Source: Acidobacteriota bacterium (GTDB taxonomy: Bacteria; Acidobacteriota; UBA6911; JACQSX01). Taken from it: a stretch of DNA of 64,000 nt. The stretch is from the NCBI GenBank assembly GCA_036507075.1, contig DASXQR010000088.1, positions 19,784 through 83,783 of the forward strand, written 5' to 3'. The translations under genes and the position numbers were made by a program. Below are positions 1 through 9,411 of this stretch, piece by piece; position 1 is the stretch's first letter; every line of letters begins with the position of its first letter. The notes beneath the pieces are model-generated. The model saw only the letters and a program-made list of their open reading frames with translations, had not been told where the DNA came from and did not search any database.

Positions 1-352
1 GAGGCCCGCGGGTGATCGGGCCGGACCTGAAAACGTCCTTCGGCGGACGAACCGTTAAATCCGGCGATAGTGTGACGGCGGAAATCGGGCAAATCGATAC
101 TCCAAACGGCAGAAGCTTCAGCCCATGCCCCCAATGCAAAGCGCGGCTCTTCAGGCCTGCTGTGAAGGACAATCGCTGTTCGGGGCGGATCTTTGCGGCG
201 GATGCGACGGAAGTTGCATCCAGAAGGGCGTGGAGAGCAGATGCTTCAGCCCCAAAAACGGCAGAGCGTGGACTCGGCGCGGCGGTCAAACCAGCCGATG
301 CGCCCAGTGCGACAATCAGCAATAGTATCGCGGCCTTGTTCATTCCCTGCAT
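1..352 (-). CDS. Partial small secreted protein running off the window, ending ...ITRGP(P?)
   Basis: Manual translation of the minus strand from ATG 352 or 343: MNKAAILLLIVALGASAGLTAAP...GPITRGP. No stop before position 1; N-terminus looks like a signal peptide. Absent from the ORF track because the stop lies outside the window. Confidence 0.6.
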   Translation of the reverse strand, partial: MQGMNKAAILLLIVALGASAGLTAAPSPRSAVFGAEASALHALLDATSVASAAKIRPEQRLSFTAGLKSRALHWGHGLKLLPFGVSICPISAVTLSPDLTVRPPKDVFRSGPITRGP

Positions 353-498
353 GAATCCAGTTTATCAGGTCGGCGCCGATCTAAGGTAATTACAGAATGC
401 AGTCAGCCCAGCCGCGCAGCGGCGCGAAGCGAAAGTCATCGTCTCCCCCTGCACCGTTTGTGGTTCGATAACAGGCAGACAAGGCAGGCGCCCCATGC

Positions 499-1833
499 TC
501 ATGGAGGAACTTCGAGTTCAAGATTCCAGTCGTCGTTGGATTGCCAAAAGGGTTTGCTCGCGGGACGATTCAACAAACTCCTGTATCGGCGGACAGTGTA
601 ATAAAGAGGAAGCGGCGTGTCGGGGTCGACGGTGAGCCGAAACGAAGATTCGCTTAGCTTCTCGTATCGCAGCTTCAACCGGTCGCCTCCGGGAGCCAGC
701 GCTTGCGGCTCGTTAAGCCACGTGGTGAATTCAGGCTCGCCGGCGGGCAGTCTTCGCATTCGCCGGGCCATCGCGATCGCCTTGACGGCCAAGGTGGTGA
801 GTCGATGCCGCGTGGCGGTGTTGAGAGATTCACTTAAGACACGCCTCGAATCGGGCATGGGGATTCTGCGCCGCCATGCTGCGGAGCTTCCCGCAGTTCT
901 CTTCGGAAGCGGGATCGAACCGGTGCGATTTTGAATCCAGCCCTCCATGCGATTCAGATAATCAATATGCGGTGTAACGTCAGGCGGGCCGAAGAACCAA
1001 TCAAACAGCAAGCGTGGGGACAATGCCTCCGCCCTGGCGTCGGTTTCGGTCTGATCGAACCGGTGCATAAGTCTGTGCCGAAGATAGGAATAGAAAAGGA
1101 GTTCGCCATGCACGTAATCGGCTGCCCACTTGAAATAAGGATGCTGCTCACGCAGCCAGGAAGCTTGAGCATTCGCAGGCAATCGATTCTGAAGAGCCAG
1201 TTGGAAATAAATTTCATCACGGATGTTGTGCACTGACCTGGCCGCCTCGACATCAAACGATACGCGCGCCGCAAGATGAGCCTGGAAGAGACGATCTAAA
1301 TTTGTGAGGTCCGGGCCGGGATCGGGACTGAGCATGGCGGAGTAGCCAAAATAATAGGCGCCCCATCTCGACACATGCAGGTTCGGTCCTCTCACCTGCG
1401 TGAGCGACTTCCCTGCTTCTTTGTCCCGGCGCGCCCAGCCACCGGTTCCGATCCGGAGAGATTTGTGTGCCAGCAGGATCCGGAGTTTTTTCCCTTGCCC
1501 TTCCAACTCTCTTAACAGTTCAATCAATCGGGCCGGAGGAGCTGCGGTTTGACCCATGGCCCACGCCTGCCAGGAGCGGCGCTGCGCCCACCATCTTGCA
1601 GATGGCGCGCGTGCCACCTCCGACTGCCAGGCCCAATACTCCTCCTGAACCGCTTCGTCAACCGGCCCTCCGGCAGCGAGCCACTCGAATGGATCTTCGG
1701 AAACGGGCGCTTGCGCTGCGCTGTTGTTTTTCTCCTCGGGCGCGGCGGCATTGCGAGACCGCAAGATAATGACAAGAATTGAAAACGTCACTATTATCCC
1801 GGCGCCCGCGATCAGCAGCTTCTTCAAGACCAA
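499..1833 (-). CDS. Hypothetical membrane-anchored protein
   Basis: 444-aa ORF with an N-terminal hydrophobic helix (LLIAGAGIIVTFSILVIIL); no recognisable motif. Confidence 0.6.
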   Translation of the reverse strand: MVLKKLLIAGAGIIVTFSILVIILRSRNAAAPEEKNNSAAQAPVSEDPFEWLAAGGPVDEAVQEEYWAWQSEVARAPSARWWAQRRSWQAWAMGQTAAPPARLIELLRELEGQGKKLRILLAHKSLRIGTGGWARRDKEAGKSLTQVRGPNLHVSRWGAYYFGYSAMLSPDPGPDLTNLDRLFQAHLAARVSFDVEAARSVHNIRDEIYFQLALQNRLPANAQASWLREQHPYFKWAADYVHGELLFYSYLRHRLMHRFDQTETDARAEALSPRLLFDWFFGPPDVTPHIDYLNRMEGWIQNRTGSIPLPKRTAGSSAAWRRRIPMPDSRRVLSESLNTATRHRLTTLAVKAIAMARRMRRLPAGEPEFTTWLNEPQALAPGGDRLKLRYEKLSESSFRLTVDPDTPLPLYYTVRRYRSLLNRPASKPFWQSNDDWNLELEVPP

Positions 1834-2166
1834 TTCCCCCAGAAACGGCGGTCATGTATTGCACTTGGCGCCTTGATTCTACTTGCGTGAGTGTGCGGAG
1901 CGCACGCATCTTGCGCGCGACGTCGCTTCTTTCGCAGGTACTTTTGGAGGTGCCGCTCACGGCCTGATCGACCGTTTCTGCTACGCAGCATCCCACAACC
2001 GGACACTTGGGGCACAGGTACTCTTTCGTAAGTGGACCAGATTCCAATATTAATGGCACTCCTGCGGAGCGGTATGGTATTTGCTTGATGGACGATGCCG
2101 ACTAAAGATTTTTGGACATGCGTGAACGCGGATTGGAGGGCGGATGAAGACGGAGTGGGAGAATCG

Positions 2167-4593
2167 ATGAGCGGCAGTTTGATCCAAGATACTCGCTATG
2201 CAATACGCGGATTATGGCGCAATCGCGCGTTTACGGTCGTGGCCGTTCTTTCGCTGGCGCTGGGGATTGGGGGGAATACTGCCATATTCAGTTTGGTGAA
2301 TGCAGTTCTGCTGCGGGCGCTGGCGTTTCCTGATGGTCAGCGGTTGGTGATGGTATGGGAGGAGGCATCCTTTGCCGGGTTTCCTCGTAATGATGCTGCA
2401 CCGGCCAATTATCTGGACTGGAAATCGCAGCAATCTGTGTTCGAAGATATGGCGGCATTGAGCTGGGAGCACTTCAATCTCACCGGAGACGGCGAGCCTG
2501 AAAAAGTCTCGGCCAATCTGGTGACAGCGAATTTCCTCTCCGTGCTCGGCGTCAAACCGGCGCTGGGGCGCAGTTTCGTCGCGGAAGATGTCCGTCCCGG
2601 CACGAAAGTGGCAATCATCAGCCATGGCCTGTGGCAGCGACGGTTCGGAGGAGACCGCTCGGTTCTCGGCAGGCAGATCTTGCTCGACGATCAGAAGTAC
2701 GCCGTGATCGGCGTCATGCCGGCTCGCTTTCAATTCCTGGAAGGTTACATCAACCTCTGGATTCCGCTGGTGTTGTCCAGCCAGGGTTGGGCCAGCCGCG
2801 ATGCCCACTACCTCACTGTTGTGGCTCGCCTGAAACCGGGCGTCAGCTTACAGGCGGCACAGGCCGATATTGAAACCATCACTCGGCGGATTTCTCACGA
2901 CCATCCAAACGAGGCGGCAAAAATCGGGTCGGTCGTGCTGCCGCTGCGCGAACAACTCGCCGGAGATGTTCGCCGCCCTCTGATCGTGCTGCTCGTCGGC
3001 GTCGGCTTTGTGCTGATGATCGCCTGCGCCAACATCGCCAATTTGTTGCTGGCGCGCATGGTGGCTCGCCGCAAAGAAATTGCCCTCCGCACAGCTCTCG
3101 GCGCCGGTCGCGCCAGAATTGTCCGGCAATTGTTGACCGAAAGCCTGCTGCTGGCCGGCATTGGCGGTCTGGCAGGATTGCTGGTTGCTTCCTGGAGTTT
3201 TGAGTTCCTCCAAAAATTGATCCCGCCCAGCATGACCTTTTCCACCACGCTGAGACTCGACGCGCGCGTGCTCGCTTACGCGCTGCTGGTCACGATCCTC
3301 ACGGGTGTGCTCTTCGGCCTTGCTCCGGCGCTTCAGGCTTTCAAATTTGATTTGAGCGAAGCTCTCAAACAGGGCGGCCGCACCGTGTCCGGGGCAGGGA
3401 GCAGCCGGCTGCGCGCTTCAATCGTGGTGGGCGAGGTTGCTCTTGCGCTGCTCCTGCTGGCCGGCGCCGCTTTGCTTCTTCAAACCTTTTGGCGTCTACG
3501 CGGCCAGTATTCCGGAATCCGGCCGGAAACTGTGCTCACTTTGAGGACGGTTCTTCCGCGCAGCAAATATCCGCAGTACTACCAGCGCACCGCCTTTTAC
3601 GATCGGGTGATCGAGGCTGTCAGGCGGTTGCCCGGGGTCACTTCGGCAGGCTACACCACTTCGGTCCCGCTGGAGTGGAGAGGAGGGACGAGTGGTTTTG
3701 TCATTGAGGGACGCGCGCCGGAACCGGGCCTTACCAACGATGCAATCCACCGCCAGGTCAGCACAGACTACCTGAGAACGATGGGAATCGCGCTGCGGCA
3801 AGGGCGATACTTTGACGAGCACGATAATGCCACGTCGATGGCGGTTGTAATCATCAACGAGACAATGGCTCGTCAGTACTGGCAGAATACAAACGCTGTC
3901 GGGAAGCGGTTCCGCCTCGACGATGCGGATTCAACGCTCGCCTGGGTGACCATCGTAGGCGTGGTTGCCGATGTGAGACAGATGGGGGCCGGCGCACCGG
4001 TGAAGGCCGAGATGTATCTCCCTAACCACCAGGTGAAATACCAGCCCTGGTTTTCTCCGCGCGACCTGGCCGTTCGAGCGGTAGTGGACCCGCAGAAGCT
4101 TGTGGGGATGATTCGGCAGGAGATTCGCGCGATAGATCCAAATCAGCCCATTTCAAACATCCGAACTATGGAAGAGATCCTCGACGAGGAAACCTCGCAG
4201 CGTCGAGTCGGCACAATATTACTGACCGCGTTTGCTGCACTCGCGCTGTTGCTGGCGTCGCTCGGGATATACGGAATTCTCTCATACTTTCTTTCACAAC
4301 ACACGCCGGAGATCGGCGTTCGTGTGGCGCTGGGGGCTCAGAAGAGCGACATTCTGGCGCTCGTTTTGAAAAAAGGAATGGGACTGGTTCTCGTCGGCAT
4401 TGCTCTCGGCCTGACGTTTTCGCTGGCGCTGACGCGTCTGATGGCGAGTTTGCTTTTTGGTGTGAGCGCAAGCGATCCGTTCACGCTCGGGTTGGTTGCT
4501 CTGCTGCTTGCTGTCGTTGCCCTGGCGGCGTCTTATCTTCCCGCACGGCGTGCGGCACGCCTCGACCCGATGGTCGCACTGCGGTATGAATAG
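2167..4593 (+). CDS. ABC transporter permease, duplicated MacB/FtsX type (acidobacterial ADOP-like)
   Basis: Family motifs QDTRYAIRGLWRNRAF..LALGIGGNTAIFS, LMIACANIANLLL, EIALRTALGA, EIGVRVALGA and C-terminal PARRAARLDPMVALRYE. ATG 2167 follows GGAGTGGGA and is preferred over 2095. Confidence 0.92.
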   Translation: MSGSLIQDTRYAIRGLWRNRAFTVVAVLSLALGIGGNTAIFSLVNAVLLRALAFPDGQRLVMVWEEASFAGFPRNDAAPANYLDWKSQQSVFEDMAALSWEHFNLTGDGEPEKVSANLVTANFLSVLGVKPALGRSFVAEDVRPGTKVAIISHGLWQRRFGGDRSVLGRQILLDDQKYAVIGVMPARFQFLEGYINLWIPLVLSSQGWASRDAHYLTVVARLKPGVSLQAAQADIETITRRISHDHPNEAAKIGSVVLPLREQLAGDVRRPLIVLLVGVGFVLMIACANIANLLLARMVARRKEIALRTALGAGRARIVRQLLTESLLLAGIGGLAGLLVASWSFEFLQKLIPPSMTFSTTLRLDARVLAYALLVTILTGVLFGLAPALQAFKFDLSEALKQGGRTVSGAGSSRLRASIVVGEVALALLLLAGAALLLQTFWRLRGQYSGIRPETVLTLRTVLPRSKYPQYYQRTAFYDRVIEAVRRLPGVTSAGYTTSVPLEWRGGTSGFVIEGRAPEPGLTNDAIHRQVSTDYLRTMGIALRQGRYFDEHDNATSMAVVIINETMARQYWQNTNAVGKRFRLDDADSTLAWVTIVGVVADVRQMGAGAPVKAEMYLPNHQVKYQPWFSPRDLAVRAVVDPQKLVGMIRQEIRAIDPNQPISNIRTMEEILDEETSQRRVGTILLTAFAALALLLASLGIYGILSYFLSQHTPEIGVRVALGAQKSDILALVLKKGMGLVLVGIALGLTFSLALTRLMASLLFGVSASDPFTLGLVALLLAVVALAASYLPARRAARLDPMVALRYE

Positions 4594-4719
4594 AAGGGCG
4601 AAAGGCAGGTAATTCGCGGAACCAGAGAAGGACGTGTCTTGCTAGAATCCGCGGACTCTTGCGCGGGCCAGAGCCGGTCCGAGCCAAAACTCGTTAGATT
4701 CACCCGCCGCGCCCTGACG

Positions 4720-4917
4720 CCCGGATTATTCACAAACTGAAAGAATTGGCCGCTGATCTACACGGAAAACACGGATTAGTATCGGGGTCGAGGGATGGGC
4801 TCCATAACTACAGTGTGTCAGTTTTGCCGGACGTCGACGCCCATCCCTCGACCCCGATACCATCAGCGTTGTCCGCGCAAATCGGCGGCTAGTTCTTGCG
4901 GTTTGTGAATAATCCGG
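4720..4917. mobile_element. MITE-like nested palindrome with terminal inverted repeats CCGGATTATTCACAAAC
   Basis: CCGGATTATTCACAAAC ... GTTTGTGAATAATCCGG, with inner arms GTATCGGGGTCGAGGGATGGGC / GCCCATCCCTCGACCCCGATAC. The same end recurs at about 12487-12503. Confidence 0.6.
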
Positions 4918-4922
4918 CTGAC

Positions 4923-4984
4923 GGGACGCGGCACTGAATGCGTGCTGGAGGGACGCGGTACTGAATGCATGCTGGAGGGACGCG
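4923..4984 (+). repeat. Direct repeats of GAGGGACGCGGTACTGAATGC (about 2.3 copies); inverted copy at 8808-8828
   Basis: Read directly from the sequence. Confidence 0.75.
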
Positions 4985-4988
4985 TTCC

Positions 4989-7900
4989 CTACGGCTGGCG
5001 GAACAATAACCGCGAGGGGTTGCCGGAATTGTCACGCAGGATCAACCGGCCCTCCGCGGCGAGGGGGCCCGGGTTGGCGAGGATGATTTGGGTTTGGAAG
5101 CCGGCGCCGGTAACAATCTGGGGGAAGATGCGATCGCGGGCGTCTGCAGCGCCGGCAAGGAGCAGGGTGCTGATCAGGGTTTCGCCTCGAGGCGTTGTGC
5201 GGACACGCAGAGGGAGGAATGCGCAGCGCGCCGTTGAAAGGCGTAGATAACCTCGAGCGGATGGCGGCAGGTCGGTGAAGAGTTCGGTGATGTGGCGGGA
5301 AATTTGTCCGCCGGCGGGCATGTCGAGCATGGCGGTTTGCACTTGCTCGGACCCGTCGCGCAGGAAAAGCTCGAAGCGGATCTGCTGCGGTCGGTCGGCC
5401 GTGTTGACTACGGCGATTCCCGTGTTCAGATTCTCTGCTGTTTCCCAGTGGGAATCGGCGGTCGAAGAGGGAATGATCAGCGGAATGCCTGTTTCGGTGC
5501 GCAGGCCGGCGGGGGAGTGGCGAATTATTGCGCCGCCTGCCGGCAGCGGGGATCCGTCGGAAGGTTCCAGGCGGGCGTAGCCGACCTGGATGTCTGGCTG
5601 CAGGCCGTCGGTGATCCAGCGCATCAGTCCGTGAGGGGGGATGTAGTAATCGAGTTCGGTTGCGCCGGCTCCTACGATTCCCAGCGACCACGGGCCGCCG
5701 ATGGCGCTGAAAAAACGAATTTTTCCGGTGAGCCGCTGATCATACGGATTCAACAGCAGCCACTCGGTTTGATAGCCGCCGCCGTCTGTGAGTTGGGGGA
5801 GGATGGCGGGTTCGAAAATCGGAGCGCTCTCCTCCGCGTGGGACGGAAGGCTGGTCATGATGAATTCACCGCGGGCGTTGGTGGTGCCGCGGAGCGAAAG
5901 CATTGCCAGCGGAACGTCGCTGCTTACCTGCAGTGTGCCTCGAAAGGGCGGAGGAATTTCGGTTTCACTGAACCACTCGGAGAGGAAACGCGCCATTTGC
6001 TGGCCTGCAGCCATGGGAAAGGATCGGCTGGCCAGCGGGCGGCCTTCTGAGTCGAAGAGCTGCAGCAGGATCGAGGCGCCCTGCATGCCGGGATTGGCGA
6101 GCGCCAGGCCGATTTGCGAGGGAGCATTGATTTCAGCCGTGGTCCACAACGTGCGCGTGGGCGCCACAGCGGGAACAATAAGTTCCGACGTCAGCGTCTC
6201 GCCCGTGGAAAGTGAGAGCACAGCGCCGGCCAGCACGGGCGTTCCGGTGGATGCGGGGTGAAGAACGGCATAATTGACGCGAACGCTTTTCGGGTCTCCG
6301 TCGGCGATCCAGGTTCTGGCCGAGCGCGGGACAAGACCCCATCCTCTGTCGCTTCCGGCGGTGATTCCGGCATTGATCTTTACTGCCAGGTCTCCCTGAA
6401 ACGGTGGAAGCGCAAGACTGAGGCGGCCGTCCGGAGCATTCAGTTCAACTTCGGAAAGCAGATCTCCATTGCCGCCAGTGCTGTAGAAAGAAACGAGATG
6501 ATGGCCGGGGGTGAGATCCGATAACTCTACAGAAGCGTTTTCCGTGTTTCTTTTCTCCAGCGACGCCGGGCCCCAGCCGGTCCCATAGGCATCGCTAGAG
6601 TCTCGGATCCAGAGATAAGCGCGCGAAGGCTCCTGCAGACCGTACGCGCGGACCTGGCCCTGCGTTGTGATAACTGCATTGCGCAGGGCGCCGGCCGCGA
6701 TGTCTTCTCCGCCCCAGAAAGAAAAGAGCGCGGGAAACAGCCGGGCATTCAAAGGGAAATCGGGAGCGCGCCGGTTCCTGCGCGCATCTTCCGCCATATA
6801 ACAACCCCACCACCAGTTCATCGCGCCGCTTTGGCTCACCGCAGCCGACCAGAGGGCGTTGCGCAGCACGGTGCCGGCTCTCAGGTGATCGCGATTGGCC
6901 ACCGTCCGTTCCGACACAGGAATCTGCTCGTTGCTCAGAAAGCCCTCCGGATCAAAGTTGCACTCCCGCTGCGAGTCCGCGCTCACGCCCGTTTCCGCGA
7001 TCAGAACCGGTTTGCCATGGGCCTGCTGCGCGGCGGCGGCAAATTCGCGGATGCGCGCATCGCGCAGATCGGGCGGCTGGCTGTAGTGATGGCTCTGCAC
7101 CAGGTCGATGCCCGACATTTGCCAGATGGCGGCAAAGCCCGTGGAGCCCGAATCATCGGAGCTGGTCGTCACCAGATGTCCGAAGGGATCCCGCGCTTTG
7201 AGGAACTCCGACATTTCCCGATGCCAGTCGACAACGGCCGCGCGTGTGGCCGCGTCGTTGCGGAAATTCTGAGATGGAGTTCCTGCAAACTGGACTTCAT
7301 TCCACAATTCCCAGGCAAGCAGGTTTGGCTGAGCGGACCAGCGCGCAATCAGGTATCGCAGGCGGCGGCGAAAAAGATCGCGCGCCCCGCGGTCGGAAAA
7401 GAACAGCTCCGGGTTGGACTGCGGAACTGGGCCTCCTTCGACCGAAGCGTAAGGATTGCCCATGTTCCATCGAGCGTTGGCGTAAGTGCTGAACTGGCCG
7501 TGGTCGTTCAACACCAGTTGCACCTGGACTCCATTCTCTTCAGCAATCGACAGAAACTGGTCCACCCTCCAGGCGGCGCGCTGCGAATAAGTTCCCACCC
7601 CCTGGTAGAAACCGGAAAAATGAGCGCGGCCCCATTCCAGCGCCGTGCGGCTGAAATCGGTCATCCAGAAACGCGCCCAGTTTTCTCCGCCGCTGCTGAA
7701 TGAAGTGAGAAGACGGCGGTAATACGCCGTCCCGTTCAGATCGGGATTGCCGTCTTCGAAGCCAAGGTTGTGGCCGCGCGGAAGGTACAGCCCGCCGCCG
7801 GCAAATTCAAGATGAAGCGGATTGCCGGCGTGCCGCCGCACCGGCCCAGGAGCCTGCCGAGGCGCGACAGCAAAAGAAAACAGACCCGCTTCTTCAACGC

Positions 7901-8801
7901 TCCCGTTTTTGTCCCGCGCGATCAGCCGCAAGGTGTGCGCTCCTTCCTCAGAAGGTAGAAACCGAACGCGCCAGTGCGGCGCTCCGGCCGGGGCGTATTG
8001 CTCGTAGCGCTCCGTCCCGGCCACGACCTGGTAATCCTGAAACCAGAACGCCGGCAGAACGACTTCCCTTCCCGACGGCAGAAGGAAACGCGCCTGGACG
8101 TCGATCTCTGCCGGATCATACGGGTTGTCGTACGTGCGGGTCAGCGTGAAGGTGGACGTATAGACCTGGTAGCGAGCGCCGGAGGAGGGCGCAGTGACGT
8201 CGGTGATTGCCAGAGGCGTCGAGGGATCGGGAAGAGGACGTGGAATGGCAGTCACGGCAATGATCTCCAGTTGGGCTGCGCGCGCGCGATTGTCCGCACG
8301 CACCTGAACGCCGAAGGTTTCCACCATCGATGGGTCGACCATGGACCCGCCGCGGATGCGCAGGCGCGTCAGGCCGGCACCGGCAGTTACCATTGTGTCG
8401 CGGTCGCCGCCGTCGCGAAAGAGCCAGCCGGAAGTTTGAGTGAATGGCTGGACAAGAAGAGCGGTGTCGGATTTCACCCAGATGTGAAGTTCTTCGAAGC
8501 GGGAGAAATCGTAGGGGCCTCTAACGGTTATTCCGATTGCAACGTTGGTGTCAGGTGGAAGTATGACGACGGTTCGACCTTCGACAGAGCGAATCACCCG
8601 CGACCGCGGAGACGCTCGAAAGCCATCGCCATCCCGCTCGAAGCCTAACGGCCAGTTTGAATATGAGTCATGGAGAAGGGAGAGGACCGGTTCCCCCTGG
8701 AATCGAGCCTGACCTTCGGCAGCTCCGGCACAAAGAAGCGCTGTCGAGATCGCCGCAGCGAGGCTGCGCGATCTCACCAGGGCTAAGATCTCGCGCAACA
8801 T
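4989..8801 (-). CDS. Secreted glycoside hydrolase (DUF5060-like domain plus GH5-like TIM barrel) with acidobacterial-type C-terminal domains
   Basis: YDNPYDPAEIDV..AFWFQDY..WRVRFLPSEEG (DUF5060-like); LAWELWNE and KPVLIAETG (clan GH-A acid/base and nucleophile motifs). Start moved to ATG 8801 because 8802-8999 is repeat DNA. Confidence 0.75.
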   Translation of the reverse strand: MLREILALVRSRSLAAAISTALLCAGAAEGQARFQGEPVLSLLHDSYSNWPLGFERDGDGFRASPRSRVIRSVEGRTVVILPPDTNVAIGITVRGPYDFSRFEELHIWVKSDTALLVQPFTQTSGWLFRDGGDRDTMVTAGAGLTRLRIRGGSMVDPSMVETFGVQVRADNRARAAQLEIIAVTAIPRPLPDPSTPLAITDVTAPSSGARYQVYTSTFTLTRTYDNPYDPAEIDVQARFLLPSGREVVLPAFWFQDYQVVAGTERYEQYAPAGAPHWRVRFLPSEEGAHTLRLIARDKNGSVEEAGLFSFAVAPRQAPGPVRRHAGNPLHLEFAGGGLYLPRGHNLGFEDGNPDLNGTAYYRRLLTSFSSGGENWARFWMTDFSRTALEWGRAHFSGFYQGVGTYSQRAAWRVDQFLSIAEENGVQVQLVLNDHGQFSTYANARWNMGNPYASVEGGPVPQSNPELFFSDRGARDLFRRRLRYLIARWSAQPNLLAWELWNEVQFAGTPSQNFRNDAATRAAVVDWHREMSEFLKARDPFGHLVTTSSDDSGSTGFAAIWQMSGIDLVQSHHYSQPPDLRDARIREFAAAAQQAHGKPVLIAETGVSADSQRECNFDPEGFLSNEQIPVSERTVANRDHLRAGTVLRNALWSAAVSQSGAMNWWWGCYMAEDARRNRRAPDFPLNARLFPALFSFWGGEDIAAGALRNAVITTQGQVRAYGLQEPSRAYLWIRDSSDAYGTGWGPASLEKRNTENASVELSDLTPGHHLVSFYSTGGNGDLLSEVELNAPDGRLSLALPPFQGDLAVKINAGITAGSDRGWGLVPRSARTWIADGDPKSVRVNYAVLHPASTGTPVLAGAVLSLSTGETLTSELIVPAVAPTRTLWTTAEINAPSQIGLALANPGMQGASILLQLFDSEGRPLASRSFPMAAGQQMARFLSEWFSETEIPPPFRGTLQVSSDVPLAMLSLRGTTNARGEFIMTSLPSHAEESAPIFEPAILPQLTDGGGYQTEWLLLNPYDQRLTGKIRFFSAIGGPWSLGIVGAGATELDYYIPPHGLMRWITDGLQPDIQVGYARLEPSDGSPLPAGGAIIRHSPAGLRTETGIPLIIPSSTADSHWETAENLNTGIAVVNTADRPQQIRFELFLRDGSEQVQTAMLDMPAGGQISRHITELFTDLPPSARGYLRLSTARCAFLPLRVRTTPRGETLISTLLLAGAADARDRIFPQIVTGAGFQTQIILANPGPLAAEGRLILRDNSGNPSRLLFRQP

Positions 8802-8854
8802 ATTTTTGCATTCAGTACCGCGTCCCTCAATTGCGCGCATCCGTGACAAAGCGA

Positions 8855-9301
8855 GCGAAGTCGTAAACGTAATCGTGGACGTTGACGTGTCACGTGCTCG
8901 TAGACGTGGACGGTTTTGAAAAACTTTGCCAAAATAACAAGAAGTTGCCAACAGGTTACGCAGCGCGGCAGAGCCGCAACCAAACGCGGCATCAGTCATT
9001 AGTCATTAGTCATTAGTTATTAGTCATTAGTTAGAGAATCTTGCTAAGAAAACAAATTCCTTATAGAGCCGCGCAGCGGCGCAAGATTTGTGCCCGGGTG
9101 GAGCGAAGCGGAACCCGGGGCCACAATTCTGGCCGCCGCTGTGCGGCTCTATAAGGAATTTGTCTTTTTCTCCTGGTTGATTTCCTCTCTGTGTAACCTG
9201 TTGGCGATTTCTTGTTTTAGAAAGATTTTTGAACTAATGACCAATGACTAATGACCGATGACGTTTGGTTGTGGCTGTGCTGCACTGTGCCTCTGTGGTG
9301 A
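8855..9301. mobile_element. Composite of conserved-end repeat elements around a central palindrome
   Basis: Hexamer array, right-end/left-end junction at 8959-8963, GTCATTA array, palindrome 9051-9163, then an inverted element copy at 9190-9285. Confidence 0.7.
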
Positions 9302-9411
9302 AATCCCTTTTTCAATAGCAGCCAAACCAGCCCACTACGTAAAAATGTCCAAAAGCCCACATCTGCGGGCCGGCGAAGTAGAATAGTCTCTCTTGACAAG
9401 GAGGTCTTCAA

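Noticed and set aside
1834..2166. PadR regulator expected upstream of the ADOP-type permease
   Set aside because: No PadR-like ORF found; the short ORFs here lack motifs.
4923..4984. Possible mini-CRISPR
   Set aside because: Period about 28 nt with nearly identical short linkers; no unique spacers.
8802..8999. Shared N-terminal peptide MT(D/N)xAFGCGSAAL in track ORFs starting at 8999, 21032 and 52835
   Set aside because: It is translation through the repeat element's left end; better starts with signal peptides lie downstream at 8801, 20918 and 52907.
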